A stretch of DNA of 64,000 nucleotides from Amphiscolops sp. MND2022 (taxonomy: Eukaryota), in assembly GCA_964187785.1 (NCBI GenBank), contig OZ076417.1, positions 16,740,001 through 16,804,000 of the forward strand, read 5' to 3'. Of the stretch, positions 34,008 to 46,439 are shown one piece after another (the first letter of the stretch is position 1; each line of letters opens with the position of its first letter). Position numbers and translations under genes: made by a program. The notes under the pieces were generated by a model. It was not told the DNA's origin and did no database searches. It saw only the letters and a list, made by a program, of their open reading frames with translations.

Positions 34008-37000
34008 TTGAGAGCTTTTGTTGTCTCCAGTTGTAGAAAAAGTGGTTTTCGAGTCTTTTTGAGCCTTAGATATGGCGCCGACTTGGGCCTTTTTGGCTTG
34101 TTAACTCATACTGTTGTTTCCAATGCACCTAAGAGACATTTGCCAGTTGTAAAAGCAAACCCAGGAATAGATGCAATGCGTCACACAATCGAAGAAGAAG
34201 ATATCGAATTAAGAAACGAGGGGCCACAACTTGCAGGAACAGATGGTCCATTATGTGAAACGGCAGAGGAGGATGTGTCACCATCGCCAGTCGAATTGGG
34301 AGGCGAGGCGCCAAACCACGTGACAACGAACGGTCCAGGGTGTGAGACAGCTTGGGAAGACGTGTCACCATTACCAGTCGAATTGTCAAACGAGGGGCCA
34401 AACCATGAGGGAACGAATGGTCCATTGTGTGAGACGACAGGGGAAGATGTGTCACCATTGTCAGTCGAACGGAGAAACGAGGAGCCAATCCTCGTCGGAA
34501 CGAACGGTGCGGTGAGCACGACCACGCAGGAGGACGAGAAAAAAGAGAGGATTCACAGCAACATTGAACCGAACAGCTCCGTGAGTAAGATAGCGGAAGA
34601 AGTGTTGCCAAATACAAAGGAGTTGGGAGACGAGCGACAAAAGAACGCAAAAGTAACAGCTCCAATGACTCAGGAGAGCTGGGAAAACCTCGTCAAATCT
34701 GGACAAATTAATGAACGTCCTGATTTATTTCTGGGTGCTCTTGACGCGCAACTGACGTCAATGTTTTCAGATAATGCGCATCGAAAGTCGCATAAATACG
34801 TACAAATATCAACTGATATTGTAGAATTAGTGTCTCTTTCAGAAAAAAAATCAAAAAACTTTTTGATGCAATGCTGAAATCTTACTCCTCGTCTTTTGGA
34901 TACGTTAAGTATGCAGTTATCGAGGGGTATGATGGAATGACAGAAGAATTCAGTTTGAAATCACGAAAGAGAATAACGAAAAAGTTTATCATATAGGGCG
35001 TCGAAGGGTTTCTTGCAGACGCACCGAACGACCAAGTTCCTGCATTTTCATTGTTTGATGCTGACTCACGAGGCGTTGAGCGTATCATGTAAGGACCCAC
35101 AGGTTTCAATAATCACGATTGCCAACCGAACGCTCTATTTGTATGTGGTGGTGAAACACGATGTCAAACTGTCGTAAGGGTAGAAACTTTACGAGAATTA
35201 CAACCCGATGAAGAAATATTTGTTTTTTTACGGAGATAACTATTTTGGGGAGAACAATCTGGATTGAGATGTGCCACTTGTCTGAATAGAATTTTTCACC
35301 ATTACACAAATGCACCAGACTCTTGTGAACCCGTCAGACCAAAATTGTGCCCAGAAACAGAAAGACTAGACCCGAGAGAAGCCCAGAGACCAGGCACGGA
35401 CGAAGTAACGCAACATAAGTTGGCTGAAGCAGAAACCCCAGAACGTCCGTGCCCGGATGAAGCACAGAGACCACAGTCAGCTGGCGCGGCTCGACTTGAC
35501 TTGAACTCAAAGCAGCCAAGCGACAAATCCACTCAGTCCCGAGCAAAGCTCGACGAGGTGACACAGTGCCTAATTTGCGAGAAGAAGGCCAAGCGTATTG
35601 ACAAGCACTTAACCCAATGTCATCCTGAGTTGAGCAAGGACGAAATCGTACATTTGAAAGACTTTTTGAGGTTTAGACGATTGAATGCTAACACCAAAGT
35701 ATACTTTTGTAATGGTCATGGGCGAATGTTCTCAGACACATATGCACACAAACGACATTTCAAGTGTGACATGGCTAACACGACGCTGGTACCCAACTTC
35801 AAGAGCAAAAGATGTTTGCCAATGGCTCTTCGGCTTACGTTGTGGAACACATGCATGCCGCGCGAAGACCATTTGGATTTGGTGACATCATTCGTCAATC
35901 AGGAATATAGACTGAAGGGTGCACGACGAGAAGAGGACTGTGATGATGATGTTTCTGGCAAAGCATGCTTGAAACATGTTCTGGCCATTTTGTACAGGGA
36001 CACCTTGGGCCTCGCCGAACCAAAATCTTTGCTAATTGCCATTGAGCGTCTGGAGCTGCGTCGAAAAAGGGAGCCAACGACTGTCATCATTTACCTCTCT
36101 CATTTTAAAACCTTCCTTGAATACTGTGACTGCTACGAGAAAAATCGTTTGGACAAGGAAATCTCACTCAGCACGATGCTGAAGGCTGTGAGAGACTCTA
36201 GACGTCATTACAGTAATGTTGTTTCAAAGTGTAGACAGAAAAGGGACAAAGATAGATTCGAAAGCGTTCCCAGTTTGTTACAAATTTCAAATAGGCAGCA
36301 TGAAGTATTGAAAACCCTGAACGACGATTTGAACAAGCAACACCTGTCGTTGAACCAACTTAAGGCGCTGAACTTCATCTTGCTCCAAATCCGGCTGAAT
36401 GTAAGATCAGGGCCACTACTCAATATCACTTGGTCTGCATTTGATACGTATCTCAGAAATGTACTGGTCTATGAAACGAACGAGCACAAAACTGGAAACT
36501 ATTATGACGTTGATATTAAAATGGAGAGTGACCAGGTGTTGTTCATGAACGAGTTGAGGCAACGAATGCATTTTCAGTTCGGCAGTCCGTCGGTTTTTGT
36601 TTTTTCAAACAAGAAAAACTGGCCAGAGACACAGATGGCATTTTTGATCAGTGAGGCATTTACAGACCTGTACGGAGACAACCCCGCGGAAGTTCGTTTC
36701 AATGCAAACTCGGTTCGAAAGCTTTGGGAGAAACGCGTGACGGAACTCCAACTAAACGAGAATGAGAAGCAAGCTAATTTGGAACCAACGGCGCATTCTG
36801 AAACGACAGCTAACAAGCACTTCAAGAGGGTGAGTCATGCTGACAGACAGGCAGTGCTTAACATCTATAAAGAACAACCAGAAAACATCCCAGAAGAAAA
36901 CCAGGAGGACGATCAAGGGCAGGGTGAGACTCCAAGAAAAAGTCCACATGTTTCAGCGCCGGTCAAAAACACCCATGCAGTAGTGTCGAAAGCGAAACCA

Positions 37001-37400
37001 ATTCCCTTGATTCGTGCCAGTTTAAATTCGACGTTCGATTTAAACACACCCAAAAAGCGAAGAAACAGCGACTTGTCAAAAGGCACTGACAGTGGAGCCG
37101 ACGATGACGGCGATGATAACTACGATGATGACAATGATAGCAAAGATGACGGTGATGACGATGAAACGATGAAGCTCTGACAGGGTCCCACAAAACAGCT
37201 TCGCCTGCGCCATTGGCTCCAGCAGGCCCTAACACTTCAATTCCTCCTCCCGCGAAGAAATTGAAGAAGTCAGCACAAAGAGAAAAATTCATTAGGGGCA
37301 TGGAGATGTTTCGGGCAGCAAAAAACCCATGGACAGAGATTGAGAAACAGGCTTGCAAATTGTTTCACACAACATCACCTGGTGTCTAAGCGGAAGATGT
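34008..37400 (+). pseudogene. Disrupted large ORF: repeats, Suv4-20-like SET and post-SET, C2H2 fingers, tyrosine recombinase, acidic tail (Crypton-like element)
   Basis: SET: GVEGFLAD...FSLFDADSRGVERIM*GPTGFNNHDCQPN...LRELQPDEEIFVFYGDNYFGENNLD(C)RCATC at about 34865-35285, with stops at 34994 and 35090 and small indels. Finger CLICEKKAKRIDKHLTQCH. Recombinase motifs NVRSG (36404), EHKT (36485), NSVRK (36716) and AHSETTANKHF (36794-36823). Confidence 0.8.
34210..34515 (+). repeat. 87-bp (29-codon) coding tandem repeat, ~3.5 copies
   Basis: NEGPxxxGTNGPLCETxxEDVSPLxVEL repeats within ORF 34008-34877. Confidence 0.85.
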
Positions 37401-39911
37401 GCGATCAAGAGATTGAAGGAATTCGACTTTGATTTGCCGAGAGAATCCTGCACAAAAAATTACCACAAAATCAAGACAGCATGGTCTGGGGCTACGAAAG
37501 CAGCACAGTTTCAGTGAAAAAGATCTTTATATGTTTATGAAAGACTTTTTATACTTCTTCTATAGTTTTTTGGAAACAAAGGAAAACCATCAAATTGTTC
37601 CCCACAAAAGTGACCACAGGTTTTTAATTGAAAATTTTGTCCTTGTTTGAATGTTTTCCCACAAAGTACCACTTTCTCAGGTCTTGATTTTATAGTGTTA
37701 ACAAGGTATCCAGCTGTTTTTCAAACTTTCTCGAGGAGCCTTGCTTTCAATGGTTCAATGTGTTTCTTCTGCAAGGTTTTCTCGATTTTTTCTTGACACA
37801 TTTTTAGAGTATATTCAATTGAACGTTCTTCTTCACTGATGATACATTTCACCACACCAACTTTCAGACCACTGAGGACCGTAGTCTGTGGACATATACA
37901 AAAAAGTACCTCAAACTTGAAGTGTTTTTGCAAAATAAGACTGTGACCTGCACACTTCCAAATCATTGACAGATATCCTGAATCACTGACAGATGTCGGG
38001 CATAAGCACTAGCTACTATAGTCAAATAGCAACTAATAAACTCCAGCCCATTTTTTGTGTATTTATAGAGGCTCTGAGTTCGTGTAACACATAGTGTTTC
38101 CCTTAACAAGACCCACGACGAGAACGTGGCCTCTGGGGGTCTCAAATGGGAATAAAAAAATGTTTCGAGTTAGAGATCTCGCCAACACGTCTTTGTACTG
38201 TGAGGTTTTAGCTGTTTATATTGCGGGTATATTTTTCTGTATACCTCTTTTCCTCAAGAGTAGAACTTTTTTGGCTTCTTTTGATCCTTAAATATCATCA
38301 CCAATTTTCCAGTATTGATTGTTTTTCATTACTTCAGATGGTTGATTATCTTTTTTGGTTAAAGCTAATATTTGTTGCCAATTTGCCAGCTCTCGTAACT
38401 TCTTAATAAAAACCATGCCAATTTGCAAACTTTCTTTTTGTTGTTATTATTGTTTTTATTTTCTGGCAAAATGTCATCGCCCCTAATAAGAGTTTGCAAA
38501 TTGTCCCAATTTTTAATAAATTGTTTGCAATCTGGCATCATTTATTAATATTATTCCTATTATTAATATTAATTTTATTATTTCAATTGCGCCATTTTTA
38601 TCTATCAATCCTCAGACTCATTGTTCATCTCAATCAAGCAACATCATTGGCTACTTTCATTGATGCAGTCAAACAGACGGCAGGTCTTCGATGTGAACTG
38701 TTGACACAAATATAACGATCATAATTCTTCTGTCGTCATGTGACGCCTTTGGCTAAGTAAGCAAACTAAACTCAATGTGGCACTTAACAAGCAAGCTTCT
38801 TAGACTAGTTGGAATTTGTTGATGATAACATAATTCGGGAAAAGCCAAAAGAAGAAAACCCAAGAAAAGTTTGGGGGGCTTTTCCGCGTCGAATTCTAGC
38901 TAAACTTGGGGTCAGACCTAAGGTCAGATACACCGCACTGATTCATTCATCAACTCGTAAATCTGAAAATCATCTGATCAAAATTGAACCGAGCCAAAAA
39001 AGAGAAGAAAATCTTGCTGCTATCGTAGAGAGGAGATAGCCTTACATTGTAAAATTGAAGAACCTACTAGATCACTTGTAGACTTGTCCTACCAATCGTC
39101 AGATGAAGATGTGGGTGTGGATTCCACAACATCAACTGGCGACGTGGCAGGGTTACACAAGGAAAATGATGACATTTCAAATACAGGCAGGCTGGCGCAC
39201 AATCCCGGAGTTTCCGCCACAATTTGTCGCAAAGCGGACAATGACTACGGAAATAACACAAAGCCTAAGATATCTTACTTCACCTAAAGACGGATTTCCA
39301 GAATCTGTTTGAATTCTCTCAGAGCCTTCAGAACAATTGGTTGACTGTTAGTGGGGAACACTTCCTCCACATTCTATTTGCAACGTGCTATCAACCATCT
39401 TATAGCTTATAGTTCACGAGGGAGGGCTGCGATAAATCTGACAATCACTCGAGTGCCTACCCTGAAACCAAATAACTTCCGACGATCAATCAAAGTTGAG
39501 ATACATTGTCCCATTTTATAAATTACCCTCCACTCACGAACTTATTTTAAAGGACAGTTAATGACACTGTAAGGAGGCTCTGCAGCTTGCAGCGTAACGA
39601 CACACAAACTCTTTTCACTGACACGCCCTCCATGTACTAAGGGCAAAACCTTCCATCTTTACACTATATCCCTGTTTCAGTACGCGCGCTACTTTAAGGA
39701 AGAGAGTACGAGCATAAACAGAAGAAAACGAAAACAATATGTAGAAAAAAGATGAAAATGAGGAGAAAAATCTTATAGCTAGTGGCAGTCAATTGGACCC
39801 AGTGTCAGATTCCCAAATATTGCCTTCTCACGATCAGCGACCCACTCACGATTCTCAAAAATAACAATATATGGAATATACTGAAGCCTGACGGACTAAT
39901 CCTTACATTAC

Positions 39912-40400
39912 GGGCCTGGGAATTATCGCAAGTGGGATTTGCGGACAACATAAGGAAATCTGCCATTGTGGATGTGTCGTCTGTGGAAAATCTTCTCCAG
40001 CTATTAAAGAAGAACTCACTCTCGGGTACCTAAAGAGTACATACATCCCTGGTGAGACTGATGTGTTTCTTTGCTGGATCCAGCCTCAAAAAAAACAACA
40101 TCCGAAGAATTAACCACCGAACTTTTTGTTGACTGAATAAATTCGGAAAAAAGGAACTCGCGATAGCTCCTGTGATCTGAAGCGAAGAAAAACGGAGTGT
40201 CATTATCCGTCAAGTGATTTTTTTAAACGAAAACTGACATGCAGGGGCAAGTATGGCAATATTTTATACTCCTTCGAATACTTCGTGTTTTTGGCTAATT
40301 TGTATTGGACTATTTCAAATGAATTACTGATTGAAGAAGCGGTTAGTAGTTGAAACACGTGTTAAGTGTGTCAAAGAACAACTTGAAGTCACGATATTAA
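39912..40400 (-). pseudogene. Diverged paralogous copy of the FTP first exon (40084-39912) and its upstream intron
   Basis: 40075-40400 is clearly homologous to 27398-27720; exon starts GWIQ after AG and ends at the same gtaatg donor, but with a different phase and an eroded consensus. Confidence 0.5.
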
Positions 40401-41659
40401 ATTATCCGTGTGAATGGAAAATGAATTGAAAAGTGAGTAGAGATATTTCCACCTGATTCGTTAATGCAGGAGACAAAGTGTACACACCTAGACTAAATTA
40501 GCAGATGTGAGTGTTAAATGTTAAAGTGAAAGTCGCATCATCCAACCGGGTCTCGAGAAAGAGTATAGAGGTGTGCATAAGCATGAAATTGGGTTGGGGA
40601 TAGGTAATGATGTACACGAAGTAAATTTGCGAGATAGTTTGGATATCGCAGATTGCCGCCTGCGACGGACTGCTTTATCAGATCTGCTCAGAAAACGAAC
40701 ATAATAATCCCGGTCCCAGAGTCTTACCAATTAAACGTAAACGCAACACACTTACAAAATAATGGTAGTTTTGTACATCTCGGATTCACAAACACTGTTT
40801 TGTGTTGCCAGTGTTTCAAGGTTCATTTCAAATTCATGGTATCATAATTTTGACCTTAGGTCAACCTGGCTACAACCAATTACTTGTGCTATTTTATTAA
40901 TTAGGAAATTGGATGTCCTATAAGAGTTAGTTACGAACTAGCTCCAATATTTGAATATGCAGACGATTGTTTTTGTAATCATGGCTAGAAAGGCAGATTG
41001 GAAATCGATACAATTGCACAAATGCAGTACAAACCTTGTATAAGTAAAGGAAATACGTTCAACTAGTAGAGCGTTGCATGAGGGTGGACGGGTTGTCCGA
41101 TTTACTGACCCATCAGATTTGGTATTAGTAAATTGATGCAGTCAGGCTGACGTGAGGTCCGTAACTTAGTTAGTGTGTTACGTAGTGAGCAAAATTAGTG
41201 AGAGTAAATAAATGCGTGGAATGGAATGATGCCGTTGACATGTATATAGTTATATTAGTTTTGTTGCCGTTTTCATCTGCAGACTAAGACGTAAACTGAC
41301 ATAATGTTTCCGGCACTCTACAATCTATTTATTGATATCATGATGTAATAACTAATGTGTTGCTATTTTTAGCAATTGACCTCAATTCTATTTTAAGGCA
41401 ATGACTTTCGAAATACTGAGTGTGATGGTGCTAGAGGTATAAATACGAGAAAACCGTTGTTATGAGGAAACCAAAAGTTGCTACCACACTACAATTCATG
41501 TGATTGCAGTCAATCCAAATGCCTGACATATAGTCAGTAACTCCACTGACGTAGAGAAGAGTCCTGAAGTCACCATTTTGGCTATTTGAATATCTGGAAC
41601 CTGTAATACACAATTACTGTGTTTTAAACTTCGTCTTCTTAGCGTAATACACAATTCTG

Positions 41660-42254
41660 AAACTAATTTGAAACTTTTAACACGCTTTCAACTCGAAAGC
41701 AACAGGCTAGAGAAACGCTCTCGAGACAGACAATCTGACCTAATGTCAGATGTTGAAAATATGGATGTAATGCTAGGAAACTTTCCTGAAAACCGTTTCG
41801 AGAGACATGAAATAACAAGTGAGATCGAGCTTGACAGAATCAGAGAGACAACAAAAAGGCACTAATCAATTTGGAGATAACTTTAAGTCACGTTGATACA
41901 ATGATACTAGAGAGAATAGTGAAATCACTGCAATCAACTCAGAAATCTCTTCTGAAATGTTAAGAAACCTTGAAGAGATCAGATTGGACCTAATTTTACA
42001 CATACTTGAAGCTTTTATCTCCGAAATTGAGGAGAAGGTAATACCAAACTTTCAAAATGAAATAAAAGGGCCTGATAATGATTCTAATACAAAAGTGGAC
42101 CTTCGGTCTGATAGAACGCAGCAGAATCCTAATAGAGAAGTGAGTCGCAAAACACAGGTGGACTTCCCTAAATTAAATTCAGCTAATAGTAACCAAAAAA
42201 ACCACCCTAGAGTGAGTTCAACAGGCTCTCAGGAGATTGAAGATGGTTACGAAA
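41660..42254 (+). mobile_element. 3' part of a probable solo LTR of a fourth family, containing decayed Gag N-terminal ORF pieces
   Basis: ORF pieces 41668-41865 and 41957-42310 resemble LTR-encoded Gag starts; ends ...GGTTACGA(A/C)A (the duplicate at 48058 ends in CA). Left boundary and TSD not found. Confidence 0.4.
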
Positions 42255-43279
42255 TCAGATTTTTTAAAAAGGGAATTGGTGTACTGATCATTGTAGATAA
42301 AACGTTTTAAGTAAAGCAGTATGTGTTGATCTTAAAATACTAAAACGAAAATGGGTTACTTTCGTTTGGTATGAGTTCCAACATGAGTGTTATTGCGAAA
42401 CAAGCTTTAGAAATGAAATTAGAGTAATTTCAACTTTCTTAAATTTTTGTGAGGTCATTTAAACAATTAAGGTTGAAAGGTTTCTCATCGACAGGTCCCA
42501 TTAGAACATAGGCGAACTGAAACCAATTGTAAAGCTTGCTTCGATTCTTAGCTTGCTTTCCATCTAACCGTTTCTTTTTGAAGATAATTCCTCTCTCAGT
42601 TCGAGACATGAACAAAAGTGATAGTCGTTGTTGTTTAAACCTAGGTTACACTGGCTGGAAGTTTGAGTTTGACAAAGTAACCTTTGTGCGTTGTAAGTTT
42701 TACCATTTTCTTCTATTGTTAGAAAGGATGAAATCGTCGCACTAATCTTTGTATCTACCAGTTGAAAAATTCGGTGTTGTTAGTTTTTTCTTTCATTTTC
42801 ATCAGATGACAAAAGAATTGTGCATTCAAAAAGCGGTTAGTGCTTTCAAGGAAACTACAGTTTTACAATCGGTCCGTAACATCTCCGTGTGTATTAACAT
42901 TTAGCTATATTCGACCAGCGACGTGACGTAGGAGCTACGTCAGGCATTTCTAGAAATCATTCCATATCAAAAAGTGGTGACGTCACAAAATCGTTCTTAT
43001 CAGCCTGAGCACGTGAATATATCGGCCGAGAAGCAAAATTATTGGCCCACTGAATGTGTAAACTGGAATACTAGTTTTGCTGGGGGACGCGGCCATTACG
43101 TTGTGAATATTTGCTCAGATCACTTCTCTGTAACTTTGGTAAATTTTGAAGCTGAAAACAATCTGTAGTACTATTATGTGTATGTTTGTTTCTTTTTTCG
43201 ATCGTTCGAACTCCGTGGGGATTGCGCAGTTAGATTTTATATTGGGTATTTTCTTTCAGGGTGGAACAGAGCTAATTTC
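42167..43279 (+). repeat. ~1.1 kb direct duplication, copy A (copy B at 47970-49082)
   Basis: Colinear high identity by eye; copy B is cut by the Element 2 insertion. Confidence 0.92.
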
Positions 43280-44099
43280 TTTCTTAGATTCTATGTTTTT
43301 GTTTCGATACTTAGATCGGTATGGAAATCATCTGAAGAAAGAAACCGGAAGTGAGAAATAATCACTCGTCAAAAAATAGACCGGAAATTTCAGTTTTGGA
43401 AATTCACCTAATTCAAATTTTGCGTTACCTTTGCGTTAGCTTTCGTGTTCGAAATTCCCCTATCCTTATTTAGCTGTGTTGCAAGTATGATTAATTGACT
43501 AACTCATTTTACTGCGGAGGCAACAAGTTTGGTAGTTCTTTGCATAGCCATGCCCAAACCCTCTCGCGTATCTAATAATCCCTTGGTGATATGTAATACA
43601 TCAGCCGGGAGCGGGCTGCGGCAGTTGTATAAAGACTAATGGTAAGTAGTAATGTTTCCATCTGATTGGTTGATACAGCAGACAAAGTATTTAAGTCTAG
43701 TTTACGTTAATAGAAGTGAGCATTAGACGTGATTATCGAAATTGTATCACAAGCGTTCTGACTTTTGAACACATTGATCAAACAAAAACTCCCGAGGAGA
43801 TAAACACTTGAAAACCAGAAAAGTCTCTTCTAGTCCAAGGCGGAATTGTCAATTGATGACTGAACAAATAGAATTCCGCCAATAATTTCTGAAAATCTTG
43901 AATGCTTCTGTTGAGTGTTAGATGTATAAACTCATTGAAATTTTAATACGGCGACTTATCTGGTTCATTTTAAAGTACATATAACACAACTATCGCCATT
44001 TTTCTCATCACCCGGTACTGAAATGTTTTTCTGGTGCTTTTACAAAAAACAACCTTTATACAAAAAAACCTTCATACTTTTTTCAAATGTAACACTCAC

Positions 44100-44285
44100 C
44101 ACAGGTAGTTGTACAGCAGGGGGCGTTACACACAGGAAACTTGTTGACGTCACCATCGACGAGGAAGAAAGCATTCAAGCAAAAAATGTTATTCTTGTAG
44201 GTGGCAGCCATGAAATGGTCTTCGCAGACACAACCCCCCGAACAGCTTCTTGTTGGGCCCAAACTATCAGTGATGTAGTCTGTGC
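44100..44285 (-). CDS. Cys-rich host exon, WSC-like domain
   Basis: TTTCAG| acceptor and |GTGAGT donor, 186 bp, phase 1-1; SCSGGCVCEDHFMAATYKNNIFCLN...PVCNAPCCTTTCG; splices in frame to either GWIQ FTP exon. Confidence 0.5.
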
Positions 44286-44979
44286 CTGAAACCGGGTTTC
44301 TCGAGACAAGAAATGTCATAAAACTACTGAATAGAAATTTGTGGATATTTGAATGATTTATATTTTTGCCCGTGAAAAAGAATGGTATATTTTTTCTGGT
44401 TCTAATTCAAAGTTTACTTCGTAAGAAAGACACTTTTTCTCCATTTTTCTCCGCTGTACCAAGTCTCGATGCGTTAAAAATCATCATTACTATCATGAGA
44501 AAATAAGCTTGAATACTTTAGGCGTAAACAGGAATGACGACCAACGGCAATACGGCTCAAACTAGCTTTGTACTATGAGTCGGGACTAAACTTTGAGGCG
44601 GTTTTGAGAAACCACTAACCGGTTAGCAGAAACCAAAGTTACTGGTCAAACGGTTTACTGATCAGACAGCCAAAAAAAATCAAATTCGGAGAAGAGTCAA
44701 AAATAGCAAAATGAGTAAAGTGGTAAGAGAAAATTGCTTTATCGGTCACCAAGGTCAGTGAAATCAGCATTTAGAACAAGCACTCCAAGTCTAGGCGCTG
44801 GAAGTGGTTAGCATGACCAAAAATATAAGCTTTCTGCAGTGACGACTAACGCGACAGTACACGTTCAAAAGTAACAATAGTATCTGATTTTTAGTCAGGA
44901 TGTATCATGAAAAAATGTCTTTTTCCAAGTTAAATTGAAAATCAGCATTTCCGATAGGTCGTTTTTTATGTTAGTTAGC

Positions 44980-45063
44980 TTCTTTGTGGCTCGGTTGTTT
45001 ACCCTCGTGGCTTCCCAGGCATGAGGTCTTGGGTTCGGATCTATACAATACCAATTTTTTCAA
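44980..45063 (+). other. Degenerate tRNA-derived sequence (SINE head or tRNA pseudogene)
   Basis: A-box-like GTGGCTCGGTTG and B-box-like GGTTCGGATC at tRNA-like spacing; acceptor stem not intact. Confidence 0.3.
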
Positions 45064-46439
45064 AATTATCATTCTGAACACGACCAACAGTTTCCTCATG
45101 AAACATAAACAATTGGATGAAATTTAAATCAAACAAAATTGACGTATTCAGTTGCATCGTGTTTGTGTTCTGAGACCAAGATTCTCGTGTTTTGAATAAA
45201 ACAGTGCTATAGTGATTTGTTCACTCCTTCATTTGGAAACGTTGAATGACAAAATTTTGGAATCGTGGGACGTCAACATCAGTGACAAGTTAGTTGCACC
45301 TGACTTCAAATCAAATGAACAACAGCGAAAAGAAAAAAGATAAAAATTTGACTTTATCGAGGACTGTTTCGTAGCAAAAGAAACCAAAATAATGAGCGAA
45401 ATCAAGGAGTTGTGCAAAACGAATATGTTGAAGAAGACAGGACCTCAAGAGAGCTGCGATCTCTTGTGGTTATGAAAGTAAGGCAGAATCGCAGCTTCGA
45501 CAAAACAAAACGAGTGAAAACGAGCAAAAGCTTCGCAATTTCTCGTTGAATGAAACCCCCATGTCCTCTTGTATTAGAATCGCAAGCGTAGGGGAGAGTG
45601 TGGAAAGAGTCTTAAGCGAGCAAATCCCGGCGCTTGAGTTGCTTTCCGAAGGTTCCCTATTTAATCAGATATCAGTAATAATTCTCAGTGTTTTCGTTTT
45701 TTTGCCAGTCCGACTAAGGAAAGGACTTTTGTTTATGTATATTGTAAATGAAGAACTCAAGAGCTTGAAGTGTCTCTACAGAATGAGACATGGATAATTG
45801 AGGTATGGAACAAAACAGTGAAAAAAATAGTAAAAAATTGTTAGTGAATAAAAGCACTTTCAAAGTTTCAAACGTGTCAAGTGTGCTTAATGCTGATTTT
45901 TTCCAATCAACTGCGGTATTCAGCTCGGCTGATCCAACTCTTCAAAATTTTCAGTTACGCTATTCAAATAGTCAAACGATTCTCACTATAGCACTCGTTT
46001 TTTTCTGGAACGGTCGGGACGAATTTGTTGCGCTCTTCTTGATTCTGAAGCCGAAACTAGCTTCGTTACTAACAACTTTCTTCAGTGGTTGAATTAAAAA
46101 GGCCAAAAACGTAACCTTCCGATTCATAGCGGCGGAGGTGAAAACTTACCGCAATCAAACTGTTCAGTTGACTTGACGCTAGGCCAAGATTGTGATCTCA
46201 AGGTTGAATGCGCTGTCTTGACTAAAACAACGAACGCTCTGAAATCGGCCTATTTTCCGACGAGATACTGTCTTGTTTGAAAAACGTCAAAATTGCGGAT
46301 TCTAACTTTAATATTCCCAGTCGTATTGATATTCTTTTGTGCGCGGTCATATACGGTCACATTGTACTTGAAGCAAAAGGTCAGCAAAACAGTGTTTCCT
46401 TTGCGGAAGAATTTTTGATTGGATAGCATCAGGCTCCAT

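Noticed and set aside
28701-37713. AGGTATCCAG 10-mer at about 28701 and 37704 as possible ends of the recombinase element
   Set aside because: A single short match in 9 kb can occur by chance; no other boundary evidence.
42925-42943. Short inverted repeat TGACGTAG-gag-CTACGTCA (also in the duplicate near 48728)
   Set aside because: An isolated 8-bp stem whose second occurrence is explained by the duplication; no TIR pair or TSD identified.
44980-45063. Functional tRNA gene
   Set aside because: Acceptor and anticodon stems do not pair properly; kept only as a low-confidence tRNA-derived relic.
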